A stretch of DNA of 64,000 nucleotides. Source: Schizochytrium sp. TIO01 (Eukaryota; Protista; Bigyra: Labyrinthulomycetes). Where the stretch lies: assembly GCA_004764695.1 (NCBI GenBank), contig SMSO01000004.1, positions 806,001 to 870,000 of the forward strand, written 5' to 3'. Below are positions 20,924-32,400 of this stretch, in pieces; the first letter of the stretch is position 1, and each line of letters begins with the position of its first letter. The position numbers and the translations under genes were made by a program. The notes beneath the pieces were generated by a model, which worked only from the letters and a program-made list of their open reading frames with translations, had not been told where the DNA came from and ran no database searches.

Positions 20924-22146
20924 TATCCAGTTGCGTCTGGCAAGCCATTGACTGCAATATCATCCATTTTTTTGAGAAATCTTTGCATTTCAGCGCATGT
21001 CAAAAACTCGAGTGCTCGAAAGTCAGTCACTGTACTGCGAGCTGATATTATCCTACTTGAATCGATGTGCTGATGTGTTTGATCTGCGAAATGATTTTCC
21101 TGTAATCCTTGAATATTTGTGTCTGCATGTTTGCGAGGGTTGGTTTCTGTTATTGCTGTCAGCTGAGCAGGTGCCAAGATTGAAATCAAAATATCTCGAT
21201 AGCGCAAACAATCCTCCATACCCTGGTATGAAAAACGAGCTTGCAAGCGACGCAAGTCAATTTTTGCGATGTCGTAACCCACACTATGGAATGCTTGGAC
21301 CAAGCTCTCTGGAGAAATCCAACCTTGTAAACGAACGTCCCGTGACTCCATCTGAAACCACAGTTCGCGGTATCCTTCTGGGTTGCGTGCTATGTATTCA
21401 TTCGCAAATTCCCGGAGACGGGTAACAATGTCCACCGTAGTCGAGGAATAGTTTTTTATTTGTGCACCACTTTTCACTGCCTGTTTCTGATTCTCAGGGC
21501 TTTTCATCATATCATCAAGGAAAACTTTGTATGAGACACTCCCAGAACCAGGTTCATCTGCATAGAAATTAGCTAATATTGAAATCTCGTCAGGGCGAGC
21601 ATTTAGACCGAGGCCTTGCAAAGCTAAAGTGAAATCCTTCATAGAAATTCGCCCATTTTGGGAAGAATCAAATTTACTGAAGTGGAGACGAATATCAACC
21701 TGTTGCTTCGACGCCAGTTTTATAAGTGTGCGAATTTGCGCAGTGTACTTTTCTACCGCTTGAGAGTTGAAAAACTCCTTAAGACCATGTGCGAAGTCTT
21801 CATGGCGCATGTATCCATGCCCAGCACCAAAGAGTTCCTCCAAAGAATTGCTCTCTTGATCAGAAAGTTTGAATTTTTCTCCGCAAATCGATTTTAATCT
21901 TGTGAAGAAATCCTGTGTTGTAATTGCTTTGTTTTCAGAGGAACTCTCTGAGCCATGAATGTCTGTTTGTTCTTTTTGGCCAGCTAGATGCAGCTCAGAG
22001 TGTGGCTGCTGAGAATTGCTTGAGGGTGATGCATAGGCAGAGTTTAAAAGTAGTTTCTCAAACTCTTCAAGAGCCTTCACTTGGTTGCCGAAACCTAGCG
22101 CAATAGCTGCATGCTTGAGAATCCGTTCAAAGACCCCGCCAAGCAT
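20920..22146 (-). CDS. EF-hand protein; N-terminal part of the same EF-hand/FN3 gene
   Basis: 408-aa ORF with an EF-hand (FDSSQNGRISMKDF). Its stop codon overlaps the start of the downstream ORF by 4 nt. Confidence 0.75.
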   Translation of the reverse strand: MLGGVFERILKHAAIALGFGNQVKALEEFEKLLLNSAYASPSSNSQQPHSELHLAGQKEQTDIHGSESSSENKAITTQDFFTRLKSICGEKFKLSDQESNSLEELFGAGHGYMRHEDFAHGLKEFFNSQAVEKYTAQIRTLIKLASKQQVDIRLHFSKFDSSQNGRISMKDFTLALQGLGLNARPDEISILANFYADEPGSGSVSYKVFLDDMMKSPENQKQAVKSGAQIKNYSSTTVDIVTRLREFANEYIARNPEGYRELWFQMESRDVRLQGWISPESLVQAFHSVGYDIAKIDLRRLQARFSYQGMEDCLRYRDILISILAPAQLTAITETNPRKHADTNIQGLQENHFADQTHQHIDSSRIISARSTVTDFRALEFLTCAEMQRFLKKMDDIAVNGLPDATGY

Positions 22147-22717
22147 CGCGCCTTGTACGTGAAGGACCTAGCTTAACTTCACTGCACAAATAAAAGTCTG
22201 AAGTGCATTCAGAAGACCCCAATTCGTTGACCTTTTCCCGAAAGTAGATGCTGGGTCCTGTGTTCTAAAGCCAATGCTTGCTAATATAATTTCAACTCAA
22301 TTGCCCTGCGTGTTTCTACAGCAGCAAGGCAGCTCCGGATACGCCCAGAAAAGAAAATCTAAGAGAATTTTGATGTCAATCCCCAACACTATTTTTGCCA
22401 AAGGTTACAAGGAGGGCAATGTGCATGCATCATATCAACTTTGGCATTTCCGAGGTCTCCCAAAACGAACCGTTGAGACAATTCGGAATTCCGCATTTAC
22501 GACATGCCAGTACCGGAATTCCGGTAAATAAATCGATAGATAGACACTGTGGAGACAAATGAGCTCGATCAAAGTCGTGTCTCATTGCTGTCTGGAGAAG
22601 CTTCTTGTGGGTGGCACATGTTGCAGCACGCACATTAAGTGCGTAGGGGCGAAAGTGAAGCATAAGATCCTGGGATCCCTTTTTTTTCTTTCTTTGGGGT
22701 ACTAGCTTGAGGTCGCC

Positions 22718-24163
22718 ATGGAGGCTATCTTTTTCGCCAAGTTTGATGATATTGTTGGACCAAAGATTGTCTGCGAGGTATCTTGCGCCAATCGCAAGGT
22801 TGTGCCCGACGGAAATGGTGCCAGAGTGTACGAGGTGGACACTGATGCGGATTGCGAGACACCATTTCTTTGCGAGACGCCGTTCTTTGATCGCGTGAAG
22901 GACTTCATTATTGCGAAAAAGGAGCTCTGTGGTTCCATCCTTACGGTCTCGGATGATTTGACGCAGTGCAAAGTGATGAGCTATCCTTCATTTGTTGAGA
23001 ACGAAAAAGTTTACACTCGGAATGCTTTATTCTTTGCTTTTGGTTTCATCTTCAAGGAGGAAATGCAAACAGGTGCGTACGAGGCAGTTCTGAAGAAACT
23101 GTCTCACGTCATGAAATCTGTGGAGAAGGAGTCTCAATTCCTCTCCAGGCCCAGCAATGAACCTCGCATCAAAGAGGTCCTTAGTCAGGTTATAAGCGAA
23201 CTTTCTTATTATGGTGAAAGTATCGTGGCAGTAGACGAACACAATGTTCTTGCACTAAAAATCACTCCCCGCCTCGTCGATCCTACAGATGTGCTGGACC
23301 ACCAGGTACCAGTGCAGAATCGACCATTGTCGGAGTTCGTGTCCAAGGAGTGGGATTTGACTATTCAGCAAGTTATTCAATATATGGATGGAGAACGTCA
23401 TGTCAAGTTGATTGCTGAGGAAAGCGGTGTGGCTGTTGCTTTGGTGCGGCGCTGCATTCGCCAATTGTTATATTTCCGATGCGTTCGACTTGTAGATATT
23501 TTCCAATACTCCAATCGCTACACATGCACTCCTCGACTTGTTGAGCTAGCAGAAGACCCTTACTTGCAACGCGACTGCCTTCGATTCGTATGGACAAGAG
23601 AAGGTGAATGTCCCAGTTTTCCATTTGTCTTTAAGTTGTATGCTGGACTTCAGCCATGTGTCTCTTTAGCGGACTTTTGTCAATTTAACTCCTTGGAAGA
23701 AGCAAATGTGAACCCGCGTCGCCTGATTACTTTTGGAGTCCTTAACAGTTTCATTCGTCGTGTGCATACAATCCCGGTCATTGCCCCTGCTATACCTAAA
23801 TCAGTTCTTGTTGGTATGGATTCGCAAACCATATACCAGCATATGGTCCAGGAACAATCGCACAACGTTATGAGAGGTATTGCAAGAACGCATGATGTTA
23901 TCGGAGATGAAGATGAACTGAGGTATGAGCAATCTAGATATGATGAAATTAGGGGTATGATGCAAGAAGAAGATCAGCAAGCTGTGGTCAATGTTTTCCG
24001 TGATCTCGGTGAAAATAGTGACCTCGAAAATATCCCACTGGAGTATTTGGTGGACGGTCAGCACAATATGGACTCTATATGCACTAAGCTGTGGTGCTCA
24101 GCAAAACAGCTTGAACAGACATTGCAATTAGATCCTGATATTGTTTTTATCAACCCGAACTAA
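22718..24163 (+). CDS. NPRL2: GATOR1 complex subunit NPRL2/NPR2
   Basis: MEAIFFAKFDDIVGPKIVCE, IIAKKELCG, YTRNALFFAFGFIF, EKESQFLS, WDLTIQQVIQYMDG, DIFQYSNRY, RRLITFGVLNSFIRRVH are NPR2-family motifs. Confidence 0.95.
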   Translation: MEAIFFAKFDDIVGPKIVCEVSCANRKVVPDGNGARVYEVDTDADCETPFLCETPFFDRVKDFIIAKKELCGSILTVSDDLTQCKVMSYPSFVENEKVYTRNALFFAFGFIFKEEMQTGAYEAVLKKLSHVMKSVEKESQFLSRPSNEPRIKEVLSQVISELSYYGESIVAVDEHNVLALKITPRLVDPTDVLDHQVPVQNRPLSEFVSKEWDLTIQQVIQYMDGERHVKLIAEESGVAVALVRRCIRQLLYFRCVRLVDIFQYSNRYTCTPRLVELAEDPYLQRDCLRFVWTREGECPSFPFVFKLYAGLQPCVSLADFCQFNSLEEANVNPRRLITFGVLNSFIRRVHTIPVIAPAIPKSVLVGMDSQTIYQHMVQEQSHNVMRGIARTHDVIGDEDELRYEQSRYDEIRGMMQEEDQQAVVNVFRDLGENSDLENIPLEYLVDGQHNMDSICTKLWCSAKQLEQTLQLDPDIVFINPN

Positions 24164-24640
24164 ACCCTGAGCTTTATAATGTTTTATTTCATCAATACAT
24201 GTAATTTTTCAGTTTATAATTATTATGGGATTCGCTATTTCGATTCTTTAAACTTTGACGGTTTTAATCTTGGGTGTTTCAAATTTTGACAAGTTTATGG
24301 GAAGATCACGCGGAGGTATTCATGTATTACTTAATTAAAATTATTAAATAACACCTGTAACTCAAAGCTTTGAGCCTTCTGATCTGACCCTTGGTGCTAC
24401 TTTTTTTCTAGTCGCCATTGCTAGCTTTTTATGGGCTTTACAAGAAAGGGGGTGGTAAAGATTAATAATGACACAAGTACAAATGACTGACGATAATTTC
24501 ACTTTAGGGGGCGTTATGATTTGGTTTTATGAAGAGAAAATACAAACTAACAGGTGGTTTAGTGTGGAAGATAAGCGAAGGTGTATCTTGGGAGATTTAT
24601 CTACTTGGCTCTGATGAAGAGAACATGAACGATTGCAAGG

Positions 24641-26539
24641 TTAGTTTTCCTTGTTACGAGGCCAGCGTTTTCTAGAGTCCTCATAATGATCTTCTTCATC
24701 ATCGTCAAAATCATCACGGCGACGCTGAGACCTTTGGTTTTTAGCTGTCTTGACACTGCTACTACGGTCATCATCTTCTTCGTCTTCTTCGACGTCGTCG
24801 TCATCCTTTTCATTGGCCTCAGCTGCAAGTTCCTCAGAGCGCATTGGGGGATTCACATCCATCCAAACACCTCCCCAGGAAGCCTTCCGGGCGCTGCGGT
24901 ACACACGATCGCGCACCTTTGATTTTGTCAATGTTAAACGGTTAATGTTGCCATCAGCTTGGCAAAGATCCAATGTCACATGGCCTTTGCGAACCAAGGG
25001 GTGGCGAATGATACGCGACGCCATGGCATCGTCAAGCTCTAGAGAGTTCTTCTTGTTCTCTTCAACCTCATACATACTGCTTTCATCATGCTCTGCGTCT
25101 TCAGGCTTGGCTGGCTTGATGGCCTTGTCTTTAGAGTACTCACTGAGGTTTGCAGAACGGGCCTGTTCCTTTGGGGCATCAGAAGCCTCTGAGTTTTCGA
25201 GAGATTCAATATCATTTCGTGCAGATGGGTTGTCAGCAGGATCTGCTTCACCATCCACGAGAGGAATCTTCTGTGCTGCAAAATATGAATAAGCAAAGGT
25301 AGAAGTCTTGCGGCCCTGGCCCTGGCCACGATTACCGCGAGTTGTCACGGTACGTCCAATGCTTTGCACAAACTGGCATCCCCGGTCATAGCGGCCTTCC
25401 GGCAAGTCATCGCGAAGAAGAGGGCAAGAGTTGCTGTGCAGGCACGGGGCAACAATGCGTACCTTTGAGCCACGGAACGGGTTCATAGAAAGCACACGAG
25501 TGAGGCCGCGAGCAAGCGAAGTCTGCTCAACAAGGAGTTCACGAGCATCCATGACCATCATGCGCGAGGCGCTATCACCACGCTCGGCAACAATTAACAC
25601 ACCTCCAGGCTTGACAAGTTTCCACAGCATGCCCAGTGCAACAGCACGAGCTGGAGAGGACTGGAGTTCTGAAAGGGAGAACATGGCAGTAACAATATCA
25701 TACTGTGGGTAATCTTCCGCGTTGAGGCCTTGCACGAGCTCAGGCAAACTAGGGGACCATAACAGAGACATGTTCTGACGAGAATTTCTGGTCCGTGCGT
25801 CAGCTCTCAAGTCAGCAAGAATATCCTGCACGGGGCGGCGCAAGTCTGCCGGAGGCTCAATTAGGCTCTGTGCAATTTCCCACATAGATCTTGAAGGGTC
25901 GACCAAAGTGGCTTCATCGAGAGTCTTGCGTAGAGTATCATTATCCTGGGCTGCAAGAACCGCGGATCCGACTCCGGAACCAAAGTCAAGCATGGTACGC
26001 ATGCCATCATCTTCATCCACAAGGGTCCAGTCTACTCTGGTCATGACATCGTCAATGATCCGTTTAGAAAGACCATATGAAGGTGCCAGATCAAATGACA
26101 AAAAGGCCAAACTTTCTTTCCACGAGTATAGGATTGGCTTCGGCGTTTCACCCTCCTTGACAAGCCGCAAGCGATCCATACGTCTCGCGTGGAGTTTTTC
26201 ATAATATGACGACAACTGCGGCAGTTTACGACCCTTGAGGACCTTTACCATTTCTTCAGTCACACGCTTTGGCAAGATATTAGGGTTCTTAATGCGCACC
26301 TTTGAGCGCTTTTCAAGACGCTTAAGCTCCGTGCGATCAAGGTTGTCTCCATAAAGGTTCGTCGCCTCTTTCTCAGCCCAATAATCAATGCCCAATACCT
26401 TCTTCGTAGAATCTCGAATTGCTTTCATGGCATCTCCAAAAATTCCTGCTCGAGATCCACCAGCCGTAGACCATGGTGAGCTACGCGATACCTTCGTTCG
26501 CAAAGTAGAGCTCGCTCGAACGGTCTCGCGTCCGAGCAT
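24641..26539 (-). CDS. METTL17: Mitochondrial small ribosomal subunit assembly methyltransferase-like protein Rsm22/METTL17
   Basis: Arg/Ser-rich presequence, SAM motif LDFGSGVGS, FSLSEL, KPGGVLIVAERG, Cys motif APCLHSNSCPL...CQF...LDLC, and YRSARKASWG. Confidence 0.9.
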   Translation of the reverse strand: MLGRETVRASSTLRTKVSRSSPWSTAGGSRAGIFGDAMKAIRDSTKKVLGIDYWAEKEATNLYGDNLDRTELKRLEKRSKVRIKNPNILPKRVTEEMVKVLKGRKLPQLSSYYEKLHARRMDRLRLVKEGETPKPILYSWKESLAFLSFDLAPSYGLSKRIIDDVMTRVDWTLVDEDDGMRTMLDFGSGVGSAVLAAQDNDTLRKTLDEATLVDPSRSMWEIAQSLIEPPADLRRPVQDILADLRADARTRNSRQNMSLLWSPSLPELVQGLNAEDYPQYDIVTAMFSLSELQSSPARAVALGMLWKLVKPGGVLIVAERGDSASRMMVMDARELLVEQTSLARGLTRVLSMNPFRGSKVRIVAPCLHSNSCPLLRDDLPEGRYDRGCQFVQSIGRTVTTRGNRGQGQGRKTSTFAYSYFAAQKIPLVDGEADPADNPSARNDIESLENSEASDAPKEQARSANLSEYSKDKAIKPAKPEDAEHDESSMYEVEENKKNSLELDDAMASRIIRHPLVRKGHVTLDLCQADGNINRLTLTKSKVRDRVYRSARKASWGGVWMDVNPPMRSEELAAEANEKDDDDVEEDEEDDDRSSSVKTAKNQRSQRRRDDFDDDEEDHYEDSRKRWPRNKEN

Positions 26540-27797
26540 CTTTAATATGCTTCAATATGCCTCAAGCTTCGATTTGCTGTTGTAGTCTGCGTCAATGACC
26601 AGCAACGAAACTCCCAACAATATGACGGGAGCCGCCAGATGTTCTATAACAGTGGCAAAGACCACCTAACAGGTTATTCACGCGAAGCTGTTTGCCACAA
26701 GTCTCTGCGACGGAGTCGCGCGACTTGAGCTTTGCAGGGACCGAGTCTGAGAATGCCTTACTGAGTGGTGGTCGCCGCGCCTTCACTAATCATCTACTAC
26801 TATTGAGAAAGTATAACTGTGAGTATTATTATGCTTTTATTTTATTTTATTCTGAAAATTCTTTTCGCTTTTTTACACTTCACAAAAATAATTGAACTAA
26901 TATGAAAGTATAATAATATGAATAGACATTTCAATTATGGGGTTTGAGCTGTAAATAAGATTTGATATCACCAGAGCACTGCAAGCAGTTTCCTCAGAGC
27001 ATCTTTACCAGTATCATTTAACCCGGCGTGAATGACATGGTTTGCTTTACATTCTTAGGGAGAAAATAGGTTTCTTTTAAGAATTGGAAGAGAAAAAGAA
27101 GCAAAATTATAATTGGCAAATGTTCTCTTTTTTCTATGGAAACATTGGTAAAACTCCCACTAGATGAGGATGATGAGGATAGACGAGCAGTGCTTTTGCG
27201 TTGGAGACCGCAAACCTGAATCGCGGACACCTCCGCTCCTTGGATCCTTCGCGACCTTCGCGGAAGAACCATTGGACCCTTGGGATTCGAACAGGGACCC
27301 TTTCTTTTCACGTGGGCGGGCCCACGTGGTGCTGTCCAGATCCTGGCGGTTGTTTGTGGCCTGCCGACTCCATTCTTTACTGGTCTCAGTATCTAACCCA
27401 AGTTGATACTCTACTCTTCTCGGATCACCAAGAACCCATAGCTTAGGCGTTCCTGAATAGGTTCTCATAACTACCTGTGAAGAGTTCTTCTTCTTCTTCT
27501 CCAAGAAAAGCTTCATATAGACTCAGGTTTCAGTCTTCTTATATCCAAGAGTCGCTGATTTTTGACATCTCTTAGTTATAGCTTTCTTTCTGTTTGAATT
27601 TATACGGTGTGTTTGCCTTCGTAGGATTGCTAAGAAGATTTTATTCCGTGCTTAAATCTCGCATCAGAACGAGCGAGTTTGCATTGCAAGATCAACTTCT
27701 GAGTCTAGTTTTGACTAATCAGATTATCATCGGTTGGACAAACTTGGCCTTGCTGCCAAAACTAAAACTATATTGAGGCTGCCTCCTCATCAACGAG

Positions 27798-29489
27798 GTG
27801 GCAGGCGTATTGGGAGGAAAAATTAAGACTAACTCAGGCCGCCGCAGACGCACGTCGTCTCGGGGAGACCTTCGTGCCTTAGATCCTGAGAACCCTGGAA
27901 ACAGCCCTTTTGAGGACGAGGAGATGCCGAATGAGAATTCCTCAAGCTCTAGGCGGGCCCATCGCCCGCCCCGCCGCGTCAACCACCGTGGCGTGATTAT
28001 TCTTGCAACGCTCACAGTTATGCTCATTGTTCTCTTGCAGTTTATTGAGGAAGGTTCAATGCAAAGCGGCAGCAGCAACCAATCACCATCTGCCACTGGT
28101 CGCGTGTACAAGTTCTTGCAAGATGCTAAAAAAGCAGCAGCTGCTGCTGGAGTAGGTCAACGATCAGAGCGCCCGCTTCTTGAGAGAGCAGAGGAGGCTA
28201 AGAACATCAGTGCTTTTGTCAAGGTGATCTCAGAAGGCGAGCCTGTTGCTGTCCTTACTTATGTATCGTATTCGTACAAGTCTACGCTGTTAAATTGGCT
28301 TGTTGCCATGGAGCGTGCCAAGGTACGCGGAGTGGGTGTAGTCTGCCTTGATGAGGACTTGCGCAATTACTTACGTCAACGTGGTATTCCCTGCTACGTC
28401 CCAGCACAAGCTCCGTCAAGTTCTGGAGATAAGAAACGTGGCGGACAACTCAATCTAAAAGCCATCAACAAGCTCTGGATCATGCGTCTCGTTCATTTAC
28501 TTGAGGTTCTTCGATCTGGTGTAAGTGTGATCTTATCTGATGGCGACGCCATTTGGGTTGATAATGCTATCACCTCAGGTCTCTTGCATGAGCGCACAGG
28601 TGATATTGTTGCCTCCCGCGGAAAGTATCCGTGGGACATTGCAGAAGCTTGGGGTGCCACCCTGTGCATGGGCGTGGTTTACTTTCGCTCTATTGGCCCA
28701 GTCATCACTATGTTGGAGCATGCACTAGAAGAAGCTGTGCAGGCCAACGATGACCAAGTGGGCCTTAACAATGCACTCTTCAATTCGTTTGGACATGATC
28801 CAGTGCGAGTCTTCGGCCGGCGCCTGGATGTATTTGAGCGGGAGATTGCTGTTGCTCCAGCCTCTGCTACCTTGCCTCGTCTTGTCATTCTTCCGAACCA
28901 GGTCGTCCCGCGGTTCTGTAATCATCTCAACGACAAGGATTGGAGCGACTCAGTATCTATTGCTCACTGCCACGCGCTAGAGGGGCAGAAGGCAAAAACT
29001 TTTAAAAACTGGGGCAACGCGAAAAACCGGCACAACATCATGTCAAAATACCAACTTTGGTGTGACGCTGTGGAGGAAAGCACATTGAGTGACAGCTCAG
29101 GTTCCTCTGGGAATAAGCGTTCTGGCAATACGGGCGCAGACGTCGACGGTCTACCAAGTACACCAGCTGCCTTTCAGACCTGGTTGGAAAACACAGCTCA
29201 AACATGCGAATTTATGCAATTTCGTCAAAAACATGTTAACGTCAATATGAAGGACGGAGCTAGCGGAAACCTCCGCGCGTCCCCGTCGTCATCAGAGTCG
29301 TCATCGCCATCATCCTCTTCAGGGGAAGACGGGGCCACGAACAGTCAGCCTAGTCTAGATGAGTACGAGGGACGTCAACAGGAACGTGAGGAGCGCCAGT
29401 CTGAAAAAGAGCTCGCCCAAGCTAGTGAGTCTGAAGAGGGCAGAGATTCCGAGCACTTTAGGAAGATGGAGTCGCAGGACGAACCATGA
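27798..29489 (+). CDS. Nucleotide-diphospho-sugar transferase (GT77-like), type II membrane protein; first ATG at 27924
   Basis: One N-terminal TM helix (VIILATLTVMLIVLL), LLNWL, VVCLD, DxD motif SDGDAIW, CMGVVYFRS, DDQVGLN. Confidence 0.8.
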   Translation: MAGVLGGKIKTNSGRRRRTSSRGDLRALDPENPGNSPFEDEEMPNENSSSSRRAHRPPRRVNHRGVIILATLTVMLIVLLQFIEEGSMQSGSSNQSPSATGRVYKFLQDAKKAAAAAGVGQRSERPLLERAEEAKNISAFVKVISEGEPVAVLTYVSYSYKSTLLNWLVAMERAKVRGVGVVCLDEDLRNYLRQRGIPCYVPAQAPSSSGDKKRGGQLNLKAINKLWIMRLVHLLEVLRSGVSVILSDGDAIWVDNAITSGLLHERTGDIVASRGKYPWDIAEAWGATLCMGVVYFRSIGPVITMLEHALEEAVQANDDQVGLNNALFNSFGHDPVRVFGRRLDVFEREIAVAPASATLPRLVILPNQVVPRFCNHLNDKDWSDSVSIAHCHALEGQKAKTFKNWGNAKNRHNIMSKYQLWCDAVEESTLSDSSGSSGNKRSGNTGADVDGLPSTPAAFQTWLENTAQTCEFMQFRQKHVNVNMKDGASGNLRASPSSSESSSPSSSSGEDGATNSQPSLDEYEGRQQEREERQSEKELAQASESEEGRDSEHFRKMESQDEP

Positions 29490-32400
29490 AGCACCAAATT
29501 GTAGGATTGTATCAGTGCAATCACCAGATATCTAAATGACTTTTATATGCAATCAGTGCTCTGAGCTTTGTCTTAGATTGTGCGCCAGAAAGATGCTAGT
29601 AGTAGTGAATCCAGTATACACAAATTCTACTAAAAGTGCCCAGAGTATGTGCGTTATCATTCCTTCAGTAGTCTTCTCATGCTAAACATGATTCCGCTTG
29701 CAACAATTAATATTAATATCAGCAAGCGGGAGGTAGACCAGGCTAAAACGCTTCGAGGGACAAGCATGCATCAGCAACTAAAAAGAAAGCAGGACGAAGT
29801 TCTTGTGTTGCACGATAGCCATAAGTCATTAGTGGCCTCGCAAATAATGCAGATCTTACCTGTCGATATTAGAGCTCTAGCCCACAGGTTTTAGCAGAGT
29901 CAAAGTTGGCGATCGATTTCTTTTTCTATTTCTTAAAAAAAAAAAAAAAAGATTTTGAGAAAAATGAAAAGAGAAAAGAAAAGAAAAAGGAGGGGGTTCC
30001 ATCTTGGACGCGGCGCGCCATGACTCTAATTTCATTTATAATCATGTTTCAAGAACACTAGGTACTAGTAAGGCGCTTACAATCTAGCAAAAACCAAATC
30101 TGATGATGTCTAAGTAGAAAAAACGAAGAAAGCGAAATAACAAATAATTTGATAATAAATAGAGAAACTTAAAAGAAAATAGAGTTGCAGAGTTGCTTGA
30201 AAGCTTGGAAAAGATAAAAACAAACATTCTCCTTTACTTTTTTATTTAAAAATAAAATAAAACTTGAATTTAAAAAGAAAAAGAAGAGGTGAGCCAGATT
30301 TGGAGAAGCAACGTCAGTGATGAACCTGAAGGCGACCATCGTAGACAGTCCGGTCTCCGTACGCATACAGGTTGCGGTGCTGTGCACCTGGGGCGAAAAG
30401 CCCGATTTTAACACTCCGTCGTTATCAGGGCGTTTACCAGATCGCTCTTGCGTGCTGAGCAAATTGGCTTCTTAGCCTCTCCTGCAAGATTTTGGTTGGC
30501 CTACGGGGTCTGTAGCATACGTGCCTTGTCACAAGTAGCACACTCCACCCTGTGCTTTATTAGTGCGAAAAATAGAAAAAAAAAATGCGCTAAGAAAACA
30601 TGACGCATATTGTAATTTCAGGTGAAGTGGCTGGCGATGATGAGCCACCGGCTCCCCAATTACGCGCCTGACGCTCGCCTGCATTGCGCACATCTATTGT
30701 AATATCGCATGGTACATGACTGGATTGATGATGATACTACTCGCCATCCCTGAAAATGACCACGCACGATTCTACTCTCAATACCAGAGCTACGTGCACC
30801 ACTCGCATACGCCCGAAGCAAGGTTCAGGCTACAATTCATTGGAGGTGCTATTCCCAACGCTCACTTTATCCACTTAGTCGTTCGATTGGGCAACATAGA
30901 AGGGAGTACTCAGGTGCTTCGAGTTCTGCGGGATTGTTTTTCTTTCTTGTAAGCATGCGTAGATTATTTACCCGTCATGAAGTAGACACTCTGGCCACAA
31001 GTGAGAATACTTTTAGCCCCATTACTAAAACTGGCCATTCCAACACTGAGCAAAGATCGGCGACTCGCTTCGCCAACACCTTCAATATCTTGCCTTGACA
31101 GACAAGTTTTTATTAATCGTACGCATTCTCCGGCCTACACTTAATAGATCATGCTACTTGAAGAGTATGCATCACCGCGGGGACGATTATTAAAGCTATG
31201 GTGGTGCCTAGGTACCTACTATATCACGTCCTCTGGCTGATAAGCTGCTGATGGCGACGACGATAATGATGATGATGCGGCGGCGCCGTTTCAATCTTCG
31301 CCCGCCACTTGTCCCATATCCGAAAGAAAGAACTTTGAGAACTTTGAGAACCTTGAAGTAGGCGGCCTTCTTCCTCATACACCTACAATAACACTTAGGT
31401 ACTTTCTAGTTAAGAGTGTACTGCATAGGTACTAATTATTAATTGTGAAAATGATGTTTCTTCTTCCATGGTAGGGTACGTAGTTGTATAACATCATTGT
31501 GAGGTTCAAAAAGTTGAATGACAGCGCTGTCTTTCTTGATTTTTGTTTTCTTGCGATTCGCTCTACGGTGACTTGCTCAGGAGAAACGTCCTTTGGAGAT
31601 TCGGGAAGACGTAGGACCACCAGAAAGGCCGGGCTTTGGAGATCTTGAGAGCCATTCATCAAGCTTGAGTCAGGACTTCCCTCATTTACCTGGAGCTGTA
31701 TGTAATCTTGAACGCAACGAATGATGCTACGAGTGCTCGAGCAACATTCTGCGCGTCAACCGATGAGGTGAATGTGATCGCAGCGAGCGTGGAGACTACC
31801 CCTCCGTCGTAGCACCAACCACGGGACTGGTCGGGCTCAAGCTCAAGCAAGCTCTGGTTCAAGATCGCCGCCGCGTGCTACGGATTATAGAGCTACAAAT
31901 CCGAGCGTCGATGCTCCATATCCAGGATTCAAAATTGGCCAAATCTTCAAGTCCAACTTTGCTGCAATCGAACGCGATGCGCCTCAAATGAGCCCGAGCT
32001 CCTGCCTCGCCTTCAATTCAACACCACGCCATGATTCATTCCAATCGCCGAATAGCCACGGGCGGCGGCTCGTTGCTCGTGGCCAGGGCGGGCGGCTCTC
32101 CAGTTTGGGTGCTGGGGAGATCTCATCGACGTCGATCCCTCTTCCCGCAATCCCCCGCGGGTTTTTGCCGCTGGCACCGGTAAGAACTTCCGTCTCTGCC
32201 TGCTCCGCCTGCTCGTTCTCTCTTCGACACGAAGCGAGATCTATCCAGCCTGGTCCCAGGTTCAACCAAGTTCTGCGACCTCGCGCAAGTATGCTTTCTG
32301 GGCAGCCATCACCATCATTGGTGATTCGATCGTTTCTGCTCTTTCCAACAACTTCGAAGTTTCAAATTCAGTTTTTCCCCTTTAAGGAAAAAGAAAAAGG

